Source of the DNA: an uncultured bacterium
GTDB lineage: Bacteria > Patescibacteriota > Minisyncoccia > UBA6257 > 2-01-FULL-56-20
Direction: 5' to 3'
DNA length: 64,000 nucleotides
Assembly (NCBI GenBank): GCA_963707865.1
Contig: OY970175.1
Coordinates: forward strand, 758,028 to 822,027
Shown: piece after piece, positions 28,227-39,109 of the stretch
Position numbering within the stretch: the stretch's first letter is position 1
Layout of the letters: each line of letters opens with the position of its first letter
The notes under the pieces: model-generated
Databases searched by the model: none
Seen by the model: the letters and a program-made list of their open reading frames with translations, nothing else
What the model was told of the DNA's origin: nothing
Program-made: the position numbers and the translations under genes

Positions 28227-29328
28227 GTATGCTATGCTTGTCTCTATTAGTACGATAGTAAAACAATTGTATAGGAAAGATAAGCCATTAACAGTGGCTG
28301 TTTTTTTGGTTGTAGGGTGCCTTCTCGCGGGCACTTGGTTTTCGGGGAAGACCGGGCCCGTAGAGGAACGGGGGGTTCTTGGAGGTCCTGACCTTTCTCC
28401 GTCTCTCGTCCCAAATGCCAAGGGCGCGGAGTTTGAGGGGACAGCCGCGGCACTTCTCGCAAATGACGGGGTAGCTCTCGCAGATTCGGGCAGTGCCACT
28501 TTTCCTGGGGATTCCGGCTCTGCCTCCGCAGAAACCGCCCCCGCAGAAAGTTTCGAGAACGCTGCGATAAAAGACATGGGAACACCGATCGGCCCCGCGT
28601 TTGACCGGTCGGGCACAATCTCGTACGTGGTTCAAAGGGGAGACACGCTTTCGCAGATCGCTTCCTCTTTTGGTATCTCTGTTGATACCATTGCGAGCGC
28701 AAACCTCGATGTGAGGGCTACCGCGCTTGCGGTCGGCACAAACTTAAAAATATTGCCGACCTCCGGTGTGGTGTACCAAACAAAGAGTGGAGACACGCTT
28801 GAGTCAATCTCCGATTCGTTCGGAATCCCTCAAGATAGAATAATGCAGTTTAATCATGGCGTGAATTTCGGTTCGCTTGATGTGGGGACGCCGGTTATCA
28901 TACCCGGCGGCAAGGACGCTGCCCTTCTCGCAAGCGCTTCTACACTACCGAACTTCAATGAAGAGTTCACCATGCCTGCCAATGGCTACGACTGGGGGAT
29001 CCTCCATCACTACAACGCGGTTGATATTGCGAATTCGTGCGGAACTCCGGTTGTTGCTGCGGCAGAAGGGCTCGTCATTCCCGACGATGCTATCCCGGAC
29101 ACTTTCGGCGGATGGAACGAGGGCTATGGCAATTTTGTTTTAATAGAGCACCCCTTCGGCGACGGCGTGCACACGCGCTATGCTCACTTGGAGAAAATAT
29201 TGGTGCAGATCGGAGATTATGTGAAACAAGGACAGGTCATCGGGCTTATGGGTGAGACCGGCGATGCAACCGGCTGTCACGTGCATTTTGAGGTGTACGG
29301 AGCACAGAATCCATTCGCGAAGCAATAA
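28225..29328 (+). CDS. Cell-wall hydrolase: two LysM domains plus an M23 metallopeptidase domain
   Basis: LysM: YVVQRGDTLSQIASSFGISVDTI and YQTKSGDTLESISDSFGIPQDRI. M23: HYNAVDIA..GYGNFVLIEH..GCHVHFEV. Confidence 0.8.
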   Translation: MYAMLVSISTIVKQLYRKDKPLTVAVFLVVGCLLAGTWFSGKTGPVEERGVLGGPDLSPSLVPNAKGAEFEGTAAALLANDGVALADSGSATFPGDSGSASAETAPAESFENAAIKDMGTPIGPAFDRSGTISYVVQRGDTLSQIASSFGISVDTIASANLDVRATALAVGTNLKILPTSGVVYQTKSGDTLESISDSFGIPQDRIMQFNHGVNFGSLDVGTPVIIPGGKDAALLASASTLPNFNEEFTMPANGYDWGILHHYNAVDIANSCGTPVVAAAEGLVIPDDAIPDTFGGWNEGYGNFVLIEHPFGDGVHTRYAHLEKILVQIGDYVKQGQVIGLMGETGDATGCHVHFEVYGAQNPFAKQ

Positions 29329-29334
29329 TTAGGT

Positions 29335-30873
29335 TTAAGCTTCCTCCCGCAAACGGTAACTGAATGCTTCGGCAATGTGTTCTGCGGAGACGCAGCCGCT
29401 TCCCTCGAGGTCGGCGATCGTCCGTGCGACCTTGAGGATGCGGTAATAGCCGCGCGGGGAGATGTGGCCTCTCTCGAGCGTTTCCAGAAATTTTTCCGCG
29501 CGCGGCTCAAGGTGGATGAGTAGCCGTGTTTCCCGTGAGTTCATCTCGGCATTCGTCGTGATGTTGAGCCACCTGAACCGTTCTCGCTGCACGTTCCGCG
29601 CTGCTTCAATGCGCTCTCGGATCGCGGGGCTTGCGGGTCCCTGCCAATCCCCTTTCCGTAGCTCCTCTATTTTTATGCGCCCTACCTTGATTTGCAGATC
29701 AATGCGGTCTAAGAGAGGGCCTGAGATCTTTTTTTGATATTTAATCACCTCGTATGCGGCGCACTTGCATTCTTTTTCCGCGTCGCCGTAATAGCCGCAG
29801 GGACACGGATTCATCGCGGCCACGAGCGCGAACCGCGCCGGGAAAAGGAAGCTTTGCTTTGCGCGCGTGACACGGATTGATCCTGATTCCATCGGTTCAC
29901 GCAACGCTTCAAGGAGATTTTTCTGAAACTCCGGAAGTTCGTCTAAGAAAAGCACCCCGCGATGCGCGAGGCTTATCTCGCCCGGTTTGGGATCCTGGCC
30001 GCCGCCGATGAGCGCAGCGATTGATGCAGTTTGGTGCGGCGCGCGGAACGGTCGGTGGCAGATAAGCTGACCGTGGCTCAGCCCCGCCGCGCTCCATATT
30101 TTTGTGATTTCTATTGCTTCCGGGACTGTGAGTTTCGGCAAGATGCCAGCGAGCGCTTGCGCGAGCATACTCTTCCCTACCCCAGGTGGCCCGATCATGA
30201 GGAGGTTGTGATTGCCTGCCGCGGCGATCGCGAGCGCGCGCTTCGCGTTTTCTTGGCCGATAATCTCTGAAAAATCGGGGAATGTTCCAGCTCTCTTTTC
30301 GTGCGGGGCGGAAGGGGCGGGATTTTGCACGCCGTACGTTTGCCGCCCCTCAAGTATCGCGATGGCCGTCCCGAGATTTTCCAATGGAACTATTTCTATC
30401 CCGCGTATTGCCGCTGCCTCACTCGCATTTTGTTTTGGGAGAAAAAGATATTTAAAACCAAGGTTGCGCGCCGTTTGCGCAATGTTGAGCGCGCCATTCA
30501 CGGGGCGCAGCCTGCCATCAAGTGCAAGCTCGCCGACGAAAACTTTATCACCAGTCTCGGTTCTTTGTATCTGTTTTGTTGCAAGCAAATAACCGAGCGC
30601 GATCGCGAGATCGTAGTGCGAACCCGTTTTCTGTATATCGGCAGGGGCGAGATTAATGGTGATCCTTCTGTTCTCTCGGTTCGGCGGTTTCGCGCCACAG
30701 TTTTTGATCGCAGAATTGACTCTTTCCTTCGCTTCGTTAAGCGCCTTGTCGGCGAGGCCGACGATGTTGAAAGAATGAAGACCGACATTGAGGTCAATCT
30801 CCACTTCTATAAGTTTGGCATTGATACCCTCAAGTTCCGCAGAATAGACCTTCGCAAGATTTTTGGTGGTCAC
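29335..30873 (-). CDS. comM: YifB/ComM-family Mg-chelatase-like AAA+ ATPase
   Basis: MTTKNLAKVYSAELEGINAKLIEVEIDL N-terminal Lon-like domain; Walker A MIGPPGVGKSMLAQAL. Confidence 0.85.
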   Translation of the reverse strand: MTTKNLAKVYSAELEGINAKLIEVEIDLNVGLHSFNIVGLADKALNEAKERVNSAIKNCGAKPPNRENRRITINLAPADIQKTGSHYDLAIALGYLLATKQIQRTETGDKVFVGELALDGRLRPVNGALNIAQTARNLGFKYLFLPKQNASEAAAIRGIEIVPLENLGTAIAILEGRQTYGVQNPAPSAPHEKRAGTFPDFSEIIGQENAKRALAIAAAGNHNLLMIGPPGVGKSMLAQALAGILPKLTVPEAIEITKIWSAAGLSHGQLICHRPFRAPHQTASIAALIGGGQDPKPGEISLAHRGVLFLDELPEFQKNLLEALREPMESGSIRVTRAKQSFLFPARFALVAAMNPCPCGYYGDAEKECKCAAYEVIKYQKKISGPLLDRIDLQIKVGRIKIEELRKGDWQGPASPAIRERIEAARNVQRERFRWLNITTNAEMNSRETRLLIHLEPRAEKFLETLERGHISPRGYYRILKVARTIADLEGSGCVSAEHIAEAFSYRLREEA

Positions 30874-30924
30874 TCCTCACTCATACCATGCCACCGATTA
30901 AAAACTTATAAAAGGTTCCTTGCA

Positions 30925-31263
30925 TTATTTTCCTGCTTTGCAATGCTTGCAGAAGCGGGATTCCGGGTCCACGTCAAGCACGGCAGCCTCAATCACCCTA
31001 CCGCACTGCTCGCAGGCACCATATTTCCCGTTGTAGATTTTCGCAAGTGCGGCATCAATCTCTGACAGGCGATTTTTCAGATCCTGGACAACTGCCAGCT
31101 GATTACCGATCTCCTCCACCTCGTCCATTTCTTCCTCGGGGCGATGCGTGTCGTTGCCAAAATCAACGGGCCGCTCGTTTTGCTTGATCTCGGCGAGGAG
31201 GAGTAGCCGTTCTTTCTCAAGTTCCTTTCTGCGCTCCTCAAGCTGATTCGTTTCCATAATCAT
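30925..31263 (-). CDS. DksA/TraR-family C4 zinc-finger protein
   Basis: Coiled-coil N-terminus plus CEQCGRVIE..(15)..CKHCK. Confidence 0.7.
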   Translation of the reverse strand: MIMETNQLEERRKELEKERLLLLAEIKQNERPVDFGNDTHRPEEEMDEVEEIGNQLAVVQDLKNRLSEIDAALAKIYNGKYGACEQCGRVIEAAVLDVDPESRFCKHCKAGK

Positions 31264-31326
31264 ACATTCTAACAGGTCTTTTAATCCGGCAATTCAACTA
31301 TGTTACTATACTGTGCAAATCTTGTT

Positions 31327-31425
31327 ACCGGCAATATTAAAAATTTAATCTTTGCCGCCAAATTTTTGCCGGTTTTGTTGCCGGATTGATTGCCGGATTA
31401 TGTTTTGCCGCATTGCCGGATTAAT
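31327..31425. repeat. Iteron-like array: seven direct copies of TTGCC(G)G in about 100 bp, the last four at roughly 11-12 bp spacing
   Basis: TTACCGGCAA, TTTGCCGCC, TTTGCCGGTT, TTGCCGGATTGA, TTGCCGGATT, TTTTGCCGCAT, TTGCCGGATTA; located upstream of the dksA-like gene. Confidence 0.6.
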
Positions 31426-31510
31426 TATTATTTAATGAAATAACCCGATAAGCTTGATTTTCCTACTGACAAACAAAATTGTTTAACGGCTTTGTAATTC
31501 AGTAAACAAA

Positions 31511-32044
31511 TTAAAAATCATATTTGTGAACCTTTTCATAAAAACCAATTTTATAAAGTTTATGAATAAATCTATATTTTTCTGGAACACAAGATTCAGT
31601 TCCAATTTTTCTGATCCAGGACTCAAACTGGATTGCTTTATTTCCATAAAGTTTTTTATAGCAAAGTGGAACAATCACATTTTTTAATTGTCCGAAATCT
31701 CTAACCATTAATACAGCCCTTCCCATGCGTGAATATTGATCGTTGCTTCTCCTAGGACCGTAATTATAAACTTTGTTTTTTAATGCAAGCCTATCTCTGA
31801 TTAAGATTATGAGATTACTGTCTATTTCAGACATGGCAAGGGCGAACGTTGGAATCTTAGATTTTTGAGGATCGGTCCCTGCGCCACAAAATGTAAAACA
31901 ACCCTCTCCAACAATAAGGCCACGAATGAATTCATAGCTTAACCTATTTTCTTCGATGTTTGTCATAAAACCAATTATTAATGTTTTCGTGTAAAACATA
32001 ACATATTTACCATTAAAAAATTCTAAAAAATTTATGAAAAACAA
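31511..32044 (-). CDS. Free-standing LAGLIDADG-family homing endonuclease (single-motif, I-CreI-like size)
   Basis: YEFIRGLIVGEGCFTF LAGLIDADG motif. The locus is markedly AT-rich compared with its flanks. The true start may be an internal Met. Confidence 0.55.
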   Translation of the reverse strand: MFFINFLEFFNGKYVMFYTKTLIIGFMTNIEENRLSYEFIRGLIVGEGCFTFCGAGTDPQKSKIPTFALAMSEIDSNLIILIRDRLALKNKVYNYGPRRSNDQYSRMGRAVLMVRDFGQLKNVIVPLCYKKLYGNKAIQFESWIRKIGTESCVPEKYRFIHKLYKIGFYEKVHKYDF

Positions 32045-32420
32045 AAGCGAAGTTGGGAAATCAGGTGAGGAAATAACTTGCGGATATCTTGTTCAAAACC
32101 AGTGGAAAATATTAGAACGAAATTATCGGAGGAAATCAGATGAAATTGACATTATCGCAAAGTCACCAGACGGGACACTGGTATTTTGCGAGGTAAAATC
32201 TTTTGCGACAGGAGAGGTTTATGACGTCCTTAACCAACTTACGCCGGAAGATAATTTAACCGCTGCGAAGTTTAGGAAAATTAGCCGGACCTGCGAATTT
32301 TTTGCAAGGCAGCATCCGGAGCTGGTTGACGAAGATAAAGGATGGAGGATTGATCTGATCGCGGTTGACATAGGAAATGATGGGAAGGCAAGAGATATTC
32401 GGCACTACGAGAACATCTAG
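32034..32420 (+). CDS. yraN: YraN-family (UPF0102) endonuclease
   Basis: GKSGEEITCGYL..DEIDIIAKSPDGTLVFCEVKSF matches YraN. Confidence 0.7.
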   Translation: MKNKSEVGKSGEEITCGYLVQNQWKILERNYRRKSDEIDIIAKSPDGTLVFCEVKSFATGEVYDVLNQLTPEDNLTAAKFRKISRTCEFFARQHPELVDEDKGWRIDLIAVDIGNDGKARDIRHYENI

Positions 32421-32531
32421 ACGGGCACCGTCGCGCGAACCGGCGCGTGGCAGGCCCTTGACGAACGGCAGGAGCGGGAATACTATAATGAAGTATTCGT
32501 GGTCCGCTCATGAGCGGGCTTTTTTAAAGAA

Positions 32532-33779
32532 ATGCTTAACATAAAAGAATTGTCAAAGGCTTTGAAGCAGGTCGCGGAAGAAAAAGGGCTAAAGGCAGAG
32601 GATGTTCTTGAGGTTATTGAAGCGTCCATTGCGGCGGCGTATAAAAGGGAATACGGCCAGCGCGGTGAGGTTGTAAAATGCAAGCTGGATCAAACGACCG
32701 GCGAGCTGAAATTCTGGCAGATGAAAACGGTGGTTGACGAAAACACCGCGCGTTTTGTGTCTGATACGGAAGAAGAGGGGGGTGGAGAAAAGGAAGAGGA
32801 GAAGAAGAAGGGGCGAGCGGGCCAGGAAGCGACGACCGAAGAGGAAAAACTCCCGCGGTTCAATCCAGAGCGGCACATTACCCTGGAAGAAGCACGGAAG
32901 ATGAAGAAAGGGGCGCAGGTTGGGGATGAAATCACGTTTGAACTTGAAACGCATGATGATTTTGGAAGGATTGCGGCTCAGACGGCAAAGCAGGTAATTC
33001 TGCAAAAGCTGCGCGAGTCGGAGCGCGATTCAATTTTGAATGAATGGCGCGGCAAGGAAGGCCAGATCGTGAGCGGCATTGTGCAGCGATTTGAGCGGGG
33101 GAATGTGTTTATTGACCTTGGACGGACGGTCGGCGTGATGTTCGCAAACGAATCAATTCCTACGGAACATTACCGCTCTGGGGAACGCTTGCGCTTCCTC
33201 GTGCTTGCGGTGCAGGAAGACACGCGGCTTCCGGGAATTATTCTTTCGCGTTCACATCCGAGGTTTGTGATGGAGCTTTTCCGCATGGAGGTACCGGAAC
33301 TCGCAGAGGGCGCGATTGAGATCAAAGCGATTGCGCGCGAGCCGGGAAATCGCACGAAAGTGGCGGTATTTTCCAGCGTAGAAGGGATTGATCCGGTTGG
33401 TGCGCTGGTTGGTCAAAGAGGGACGCGCGTGATGGCAGTGAACAACGAGCTGGGCAACGAAAAAATTGACATCGCGGAATGGGCGGAGGATCCGGAGAGA
33501 TTTATTGCAAACGCCCTCTCGCCGGCGAAAGCGGAAAAGGTGGAAATTCTTCCGCGGCGCGAAGCACGCGCGTATGTGCCGGAGAACCAGTTGAGCTTGG
33601 CAATCGGAAAGGGTGGGCAGAATGTGCGGCTCGCGGCGAAGCTTACCGGTTGGAAGATCGACGTACGGTCGCAGTCGCGGCCGGAGGAAGCGCAGGAAGG
33701 CGGTGTGGCGGGAATAACGGAAACGGACCAGATCGCGGCTCCCGAAGAGGACGACGACGAGAAGGACGCTATGGTATAA
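32532..33779 (+). CDS. nusA: Transcription termination/antitermination factor NusA (with an acidic insertion)
   Basis: N-terminal NusA domain, S1 and KH regions; 415 aa. Confidence 0.9.
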   Translation: MLNIKELSKALKQVAEEKGLKAEDVLEVIEASIAAAYKREYGQRGEVVKCKLDQTTGELKFWQMKTVVDENTARFVSDTEEEGGGEKEEEKKKGRAGQEATTEEEKLPRFNPERHITLEEARKMKKGAQVGDEITFELETHDDFGRIAAQTAKQVILQKLRESERDSILNEWRGKEGQIVSGIVQRFERGNVFIDLGRTVGVMFANESIPTEHYRSGERLRFLVLAVQEDTRLPGIILSRSHPRFVMELFRMEVPELAEGAIEIKAIAREPGNRTKVAVFSSVEGIDPVGALVGQRGTRVMAVNNELGNEKIDIAEWAEDPERFIANALSPAKAEKVEILPRREARAYVPENQLSLAIGKGGQNVRLAAKLTGWKIDVRSQSRPEEAQEGGVAGITETDQIAAPEEDDDEKDAMV

Positions 33780-33808
33780 ATAGTAAAATAAAAACATAAG
33801 ATAAAAAT

Positions 33809-35815
33809 ATGTCGGCGATAACATTTGCATTAGGGGCCGGGGTGCTTGCGGTCGTGTGCGCAGCGGTGTTGATCTGGAAAATTGGGAGGGCGCCCGCGGG
33901 CAATGAAAAAATGCAGGAGATTGCGCGCGCGATCCAAACAGGCGCGAAGGCATATTTGAATCGTCAGTACAAAACCGTTGCAATCGTGGCGGTCGTCGTG
34001 GCAATTTTAATCGGCGTGTTTTTGAACCTGACAACGATGGCGGGATTCATCATCGGCGCCTTTGCCTCGGCGCTCGCGGGGTATATCGGCATGAACATGT
34101 CGGTGCGCGCGAATGTGAGGACTGCGGAGGCAGCAAAATCGGGACTCAAGCAGGCGCTCGGCATTGCGTTCGAGGGCGGGACGGTAACGGGGCTTCTCGT
34201 CGTCGGTCTCGCGCTCATCTCCGTTTCCGGCTTCTATGCGATCACGCACGACGTACGGGCGCTCATCGGATTGGGATTCGGCGGAAGTTTGATATCGGTC
34301 TTCGCGCGACTGGGTGGTGGCATCTTTACAAAAGGCGCCGATGTCGGCGCGGACCTTGTCGGCAAAGTTGAAGCAGGAATTCCGGAAGATGATCCTCGGA
34401 ATCCGGCGGTGATTGCGGACAATGTCGGCGACAATGTTGGCGACTGCGCCGGCATGGCTGCGGACCTTTTTGAAACGTACGCCGTCACGGCGGTTGCCGT
34501 GATGATTCTGGGAAGCTTGATGTTCCCTGGGTCGGAGAGCGCAGTGCTTTTGCCACTTGTGATCGGCGGCATCTCCGTCGTGAGTTCCATCCTCGGCATC
34601 TTCTTCGTACGGCTCGGTAAGAGCCAGTCCATTATGGGCGCTCTCTATAAAGGACTTATCGCCGCGAGCGTGATTTCCCTTATCGGCTTTTGGTTCTTGT
34701 CGGACGGTTACGTGGCGGCGACGAGCGGCGCGGGGAACGGTTTGAACTTCGCGCAGCTTTTCTACCCGATGCTCGTTGGGATTTTGGTAACGGCACTCAT
34801 TGTTTTAATTACTGAATATTATACTTCAAAGAAATTTCGGCCAGTGCGTTCCATCGCCCAGTCGTCCACGACGGGACATGGCACCAACATCATCACAGGG
34901 CTCGCGGTAGGAATGGAATCAACCGCGCTACCGGTCATTGTGATCGTCGCGGGAATCCTTACGGCGTACGCGACCACCGGCTTGTATGGCATTGCACTTG
35001 CCACGATGAGCATGCTTTCCATGGCGGGGATTGTGGTTGCGATTGATGCATTCGGTCCGATCACGGACAACGCTGGCGGCATTGCCGAGATGGCGGGATT
35101 GCCTGATGAAGTGCGCAAGGTAACCGATGCGCTTGATGCGGTAGGGAATACCACAAAAGCAGTCACGAAAGGTTACGCAATCGGTTCGGCAGGGCTTGCC
35201 GCAGTTGTTCTCTTTTCGGCATATGTTCAAGATTTGCAGAACAGGCATGGCGGCGGCGCGATTTCATTTGACTTGAGTAATCCAAAAATTATCGTTGGGC
35301 TCCTGATCGGCGGCGCGATTCCATATTTGTTTGCATCCATCTCCATGCGCGCGGTCGGCAAAGCGGCGGGGAGCGTGGTGAACGAAGTGCGCCGGCAGTT
35401 CAGAGAGATTCCGGGAATTATGGAAGGTAAAGCAAAACCGGATTATGCGAAGAGTGTTGATCTCGTGACGTCGGCGGCGATCAAGGAAATGATCGTGCCC
35501 GCACTTTTACCCGTGCTCGTGCCGATCATCGTGGCATTTACGCTCGGGCCGCTCGCCCTCGGCGGACTGCTCGTGGGTTCCATCGTCACCGGACTTTTCG
35601 TCGCGGTTTCCATGACCTCCGGCGGCGCGGCGTGGGACAACGCAAAAAAGTATATTGAAGAAGGTAACTTGGGCGGCAAAGGTTCGGAGACGCACAAAGC
35701 CGCGATCACCGGCGACACCGTGGGCGATCCGTACAAAGACACCGCAGGGCCGGCGATCAATCCGGTCATTAAGATCATCAACATTATTGCTTTATTGCTC
35801 GTACCATTCTTATAG
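33809..35815 (+). CDS. hppA: Membrane-bound proton-translocating pyrophosphatase (H+-PPase)
   Basis: [49 protein letters not shown] signature. Confidence 0.9.
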   Translation: MSAITFALGAGVLAVVCAAVLIWKIGRAPAGNEKMQEIARAIQTGAKAYLNRQYKTVAIVAVVVAILIGVFLNLTTMAGFIIGAFASALAGYIGMNMSVRANVRTAEAAKSGLKQALGIAFEGGTVTGLLVVGLALISVSGFYAITHDVRALIGLGFGGSLISVFARLGGGIFTKGADVGADLVGKVEAGIPEDDPRNPAVIADNVGDNVGDCAGMAADLFETYAVTAVAVMILGSLMFPGSESAVLLPLVIGGISVVSSILGIFFVRLGKSQSIMGALYKGLIAASVISLIGFWFLSDGYVAATSGAGNGLNFAQLFYPMLVGILVTALIVLITEYYTSKKFRPVRSIAQSSTTGHGTNIITGLAVGMESTALPVIVIVAGILTAYATTGLYGIALATMSMLSMAGIVVAIDAFGPITDNAGGIAEMAGLPDEVRKVTDALDAVGNTTKAVTKGYAIGSAGLAAVVLFSAYVQDLQNRHGGGAISFDLSNPKIIVGLLIGGAIPYLFASISMRAVGKAAGSVVNEVRRQFREIPGIMEGKAKPDYAKSVDLVTSAAIKEMIVPALLPVLVPIIVAFTLGPLALGGLLVGSIVTGLFVAVSMTSGGAAWDNAKKYIEEGNLGGKGSETHKAAITGDTVGDPYKDTAGPAINPVIKIINIIALLLVPFL

Positions 35816-35869
35816 GACATCGGATAAGAATATCAAGTAGTTCATACGGCCATTAACTCACAAAATGTT

Positions 35870-36337
35870 ATGAAAGAAAACGAATCTTATACTAAAGGCG
35901 AACAGCAGCCGACAGAAGATAAGAAATTGTTAGGAGCATTTGAGAGAGCAAGTATTGCTTGGAAGAAGCGCCAAGAAGCAAACGATGTTTTATTGGAAAG
36001 GGAATTGCCGCCAGGAATAAAAGATGAGGTTTGGAGGGCGGAAGCAACAATCGGAAGATATTTTTCGCCGGCCGAGATTGAGCAGTTGAGAAAATTACGC
36101 GATGAAGATGAGATGACAAAATCAGTCATGGGGTTTGGTTTCACGTATCTCGGATCCCAGCATTTCAAAATAGAACTTTTACAACTATTACGGGGCGATG
36201 AAGAGACGCTGCACAACCCAGATTTGGATGACGCAGAAAAAGAACGAATAAATAAAGAAATCGAATGGATGAATAAAAAACTCGCCGAACTTAAAGATGT
36301 AAGTGCGGATTTGGACGAGGATGGTTGGCTCAAATAA
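35870..36337 (+). CDS. Hypothetical protein (charged, coiled-coil-like, AT-richer)
   Basis: ORF only. Confidence 0.4.
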   Translation: MKENESYTKGEQQPTEDKKLLGAFERASIAWKKRQEANDVLLERELPPGIKDEVWRAEATIGRYFSPAEIEQLRKLRDEDEMTKSVMGFGFTYLGSQHFKIELLQLLRGDEETLHNPDLDDAEKERINKEIEWMNKKLAELKDVSADLDEDGWLK

Positions 36338-36395
36338 TAACCAGCTAATCTTTGCGAATATTGCGTAAGCTACAAGAATTCATATAATTACAACC

Positions 36396-36995
36396 ATGGA
36401 ACCAGAAAACCAGTATTTAATCCCGACGGTCATTGAAAAGTCGCAGTTCGGCGAGCGGGCATATGACATCTACTCGCGCCTTCTTAAAGAGCGCATCATT
36501 TTCCTCGGCGGGCCGATCAGCGATCCAGTAGCGAACACGGTGATCGCGCAGTTGCTTTTTTTGGACCACGAGGACCAGAAAAAAGATATCAAGCTTTATA
36601 TCAACAGCCCCGGCGGTTCGGTCACGGCAGGGATGGCGGTCTATGATACGATGCAGTTTGTGAAATCGGATGTTTCCACTATGTGCGTGGGAATCGCGGC
36701 ATCCATGGGCGCGTTTTTGCTCGCGGCCGGCCAGAAGGGAAAACGGCTTGCATTGCCGAACTCACAGATTTTGCTTCACCAGGTGATGGGCGGCGCGGAA
36801 GGCCAGGCGATTGAGATTGAGATCGCGGCGAAGCAGATCGTAAAAACAAAACAGCGGCTCAATGAACTGCTTTCAAAACACACCGGCCAGCCGCTCGCAA
36901 AAATAGAGAAGGATACCGACCGCGACTTCTGGCTTTCTGCAGACGAAGCGAAAACCTACGGCGTGATTGACGAGATCATCAAAAATTCAAAATAA
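36396..36995 (+). CDS. clpP: ATP-dependent Clp protease proteolytic subunit
   Basis: [42 protein letters not shown] (catalytic Ser). Confidence 0.9.
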   Translation: MEPENQYLIPTVIEKSQFGERAYDIYSRLLKERIIFLGGPISDPVANTVIAQLLFLDHEDQKKDIKLYINSPGGSVTAGMAVYDTMQFVKSDVSTMCVGIAASMGAFLLAAGQKGKRLALPNSQILLHQVMGGAEGQAIEIEIAAKQIVKTKQRLNELLSKHTGQPLAKIEKDTDRDFWLSADEAKTYGVIDEIIKNSK

Positions 36996-37003
36996 CAAAG
37001 TAG

Positions 37004-37861
37004 TTATCCGGCGGTGATGAACGCGAGGATGATCACGGATGCTATTGCAAGGAGAAGGCCGATCCATTGGTGAAGTCCGAGCTTTTCTTTATTGAACATA
37101 AGTCCTAGCCCCGCCGCGAACGCGATGTACCCCTCGCTGATGCCGGTCGCAACCGCTATGGGAATAAAGAGCGTTGCATAAGAAAAAGTGACCCACGCGA
37201 GCTTGTCAAAGAAACTGACGTTCAGGATCAGCCGCTTATTGTTCCTAAAATCGGACCAGATCTCTCCGAGTCGAGAGGTTAATGCCAAATAAAGTATGGA
37301 CACTGTTGCAATAAAGGCGTCCGTAAACCAGTTGATCACAAGAGGATTTGTCTCTCGCGCTCCCAAGCCGAAAAGAAAACTGGACGTCCCCAAGCCAATA
37401 GTGCCGACCACGGCGCACCACATACCTTTTTCTAGGTGAATATTTTTAAGGTGGGAAAATGAACGGACGGAAACGAGGAAGATGCCCGCTATTAAAGTTG
37501 CCGTGAAAAAGACCTGCCCCGGCGTAAGCCACTCTTTTATGAAATATGCCGCCAGAAATGCCGCGATCGGTATTTCAAAAGCGTAAATTGGCTCTACCAC
37601 GGAGAGCTTGCCGATGCGCATTGCTTCAAAATCAAACAGTGCGGCAAACAAAAGGACGAAGCAAGCAACCAATAACAAAAACGGGTGGTTTTCAAGGGCG
37701 GCTCTAAGGGTTGGATAGGCGAAAGGGAATAAAATGATGGCCCCAAATGCTGTAATGCAAAACAGTGCTACCCAATCGCCAAACTTTCTCGCGCTTCGTT
37801 GGATAAGAAAATCGCCAAGGCCCCATGAGAGCAAAGCGGTAATGGCGAGAAGCACACCCAT
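37004..37861 (-). CDS. EamA/DMT-family transporter
   Basis: About 10 transmembrane helices; duplicated EamA-like halves. Confidence 0.65.
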   Translation of the reverse strand: MGVLLAITALLSWGLGDFLIQRSARKFGDWVALFCITAFGAIILFPFAYPTLRAALENHPFLLLVACFVLLFAALFDFEAMRIGKLSVVEPIYAFEIPIAAFLAAYFIKEWLTPGQVFFTATLIAGIFLVSVRSFSHLKNIHLEKGMWCAVVGTIGLGTSSFLFGLGARETNPLVINWFTDAFIATVSILYLALTSRLGEIWSDFRNNKRLILNVSFFDKLAWVTFSYATLFIPIAVATGISEGYIAFAAGLGLMFNKEKLGLHQWIGLLLAIASVIILAFITAG

Positions 37862-37905
37862 GAGTTAGATTTTAACAGAAACGTTTTCGTGGTAAAGTTT
37901 TTGTA

Positions 37906-39087
37906 ATGAGCGGCACAGACGAGAAAATTAAAGAGCTTCTCTCGCGCAATGTGGAAGATGTGATCGAAAAGGATCATCTCCGCGCCGCGCTCGCGTCCGG
38001 GAAAAAGTTGCGGGTGAAGTTCGGTATTGATCCGACGTCGCCCGACCTGCACTTGGGGCACGCGGTCGTCTTGCGGAAACTCCGCGCGTTCCAGGATCTG
38101 GGGCATAAGGCAGTGCTCATCATCGGCGATTTCACCGCGCAGGTCGGCGACCCCTCCGGCCGTTCAGAGACACGGAAGATGCTTCTGCCCGAGGAAGTGA
38201 AACGCAACGAAAAAGAATACCTTCGCCACGCGGGAAAAGTGATTGATGTGAAAAAAGCCGAGATTTTCCACAATAACGAATGGTTTGGCCGTATGGGGCT
38301 TCCGGAGATCATGCAACTTGCGGCCACCGCAAGTATTCAACAGATACTCCACCGCGCCGATTTCAAAAAACGCCTCGCGGAGAATGTTGATGTGACAATG
38401 TTGGAAATGCTTTATCCATTGCTTCAAGGATACGATTCCGTACAAGTGAGGGCGGATATTGAGCTTGGCGGCACGGATCAGCTCTTCAACCTGCTCATGG
38501 GGCGGCAGGTGCAGAAGCGCTTTGGCATACCCGAACAGGATGTCATGACCGTACCGCTGCTTGAGGGCCTTGATGGGGAAAAGAAAATGTCAAAGACCTA
38601 TGGGAATTATGTTGGTCTGGACGACGAGCCGGCAGATATGTTCGGAAAGGTAATGTCGCTGCCCGATCCGCTCGTTACGAGATATTTCATGCTTTGTACC
38701 GAGCTTTCTGAAGACGAAATTAACAAGCTGAAGAAAACGTCAAAACCGAAAGCGCTCAAGGAACGGCTCGCATTTGAGATTGTGAAACTCTACCACGGAG
38801 AAAAACAGGCGGCATCGGCGCAAGAATATTTTAACAAGACGTTCTCTAAAAAAGAGATCCCAGACGACATCCCGGAGTTGAAAATAAAGGGAACAAAAAT
38901 TTCGGCGCTTGATCTTGCAGTCGCTTCCGGGGTGATGAAAAGTAAAAGCGAGGCGCGACGGTTGGTTGAACAAGGGGGATTTGAGGTCGGCGAAAAGGTT
39001 ATCAAAGACCCACAAAAGGAACTTATGTTAAGGGACGGGGAGGTGGTAAGGATAGGGAAAAGGCACTTTATTCGCATCAAGACCTGA
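37906..39087 (+). CDS. tyrS: Tyrosyl-tRNA synthetase
   Basis: HLGH (HIGH motif), KMSKT (KMSKS motif), C-terminal S4-like domain. Confidence 0.85.
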   Translation: MSGTDEKIKELLSRNVEDVIEKDHLRAALASGKKLRVKFGIDPTSPDLHLGHAVVLRKLRAFQDLGHKAVLIIGDFTAQVGDPSGRSETRKMLLPEEVKRNEKEYLRHAGKVIDVKKAEIFHNNEWFGRMGLPEIMQLAATASIQQILHRADFKKRLAENVDVTMLEMLYPLLQGYDSVQVRADIELGGTDQLFNLLMGRQVQKRFGIPEQDVMTVPLLEGLDGEKKMSKTYGNYVGLDDEPADMFGKVMSLPDPLVTRYFMLCTELSEDEINKLKKTSKPKALKERLAFEIVKLYHGEKQAASAQEYFNKTFSKKEIPDDIPELKIKGTKISALDLAVASGVMKSKSEARRLVEQGGFEVGEKVIKDPQKELMLRDGEVVRIGKRHFIRIKT

Positions 39088-39089
39088 CA

Positions 39090-39109
39090 TTATCCAGAGA
39101 TTGTCCACA
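39090..39109 (+). promoter_or_regulatory. Two adjacent DnaA-box-like 9-mers downstream of tyrS
   Basis: TTATCCAGA (39090-39098) and TTGTCCACA (39101-39109), each one mismatch from TTATCCACA. Confidence 0.25.

Noticed and set aside
33252-34034. 260-aa minus-strand ORF spanning the nusA/hppA junction
   Set aside because: Antisense to two well-supported genes and crosses their intergenic region. Arg/Pro-rich.
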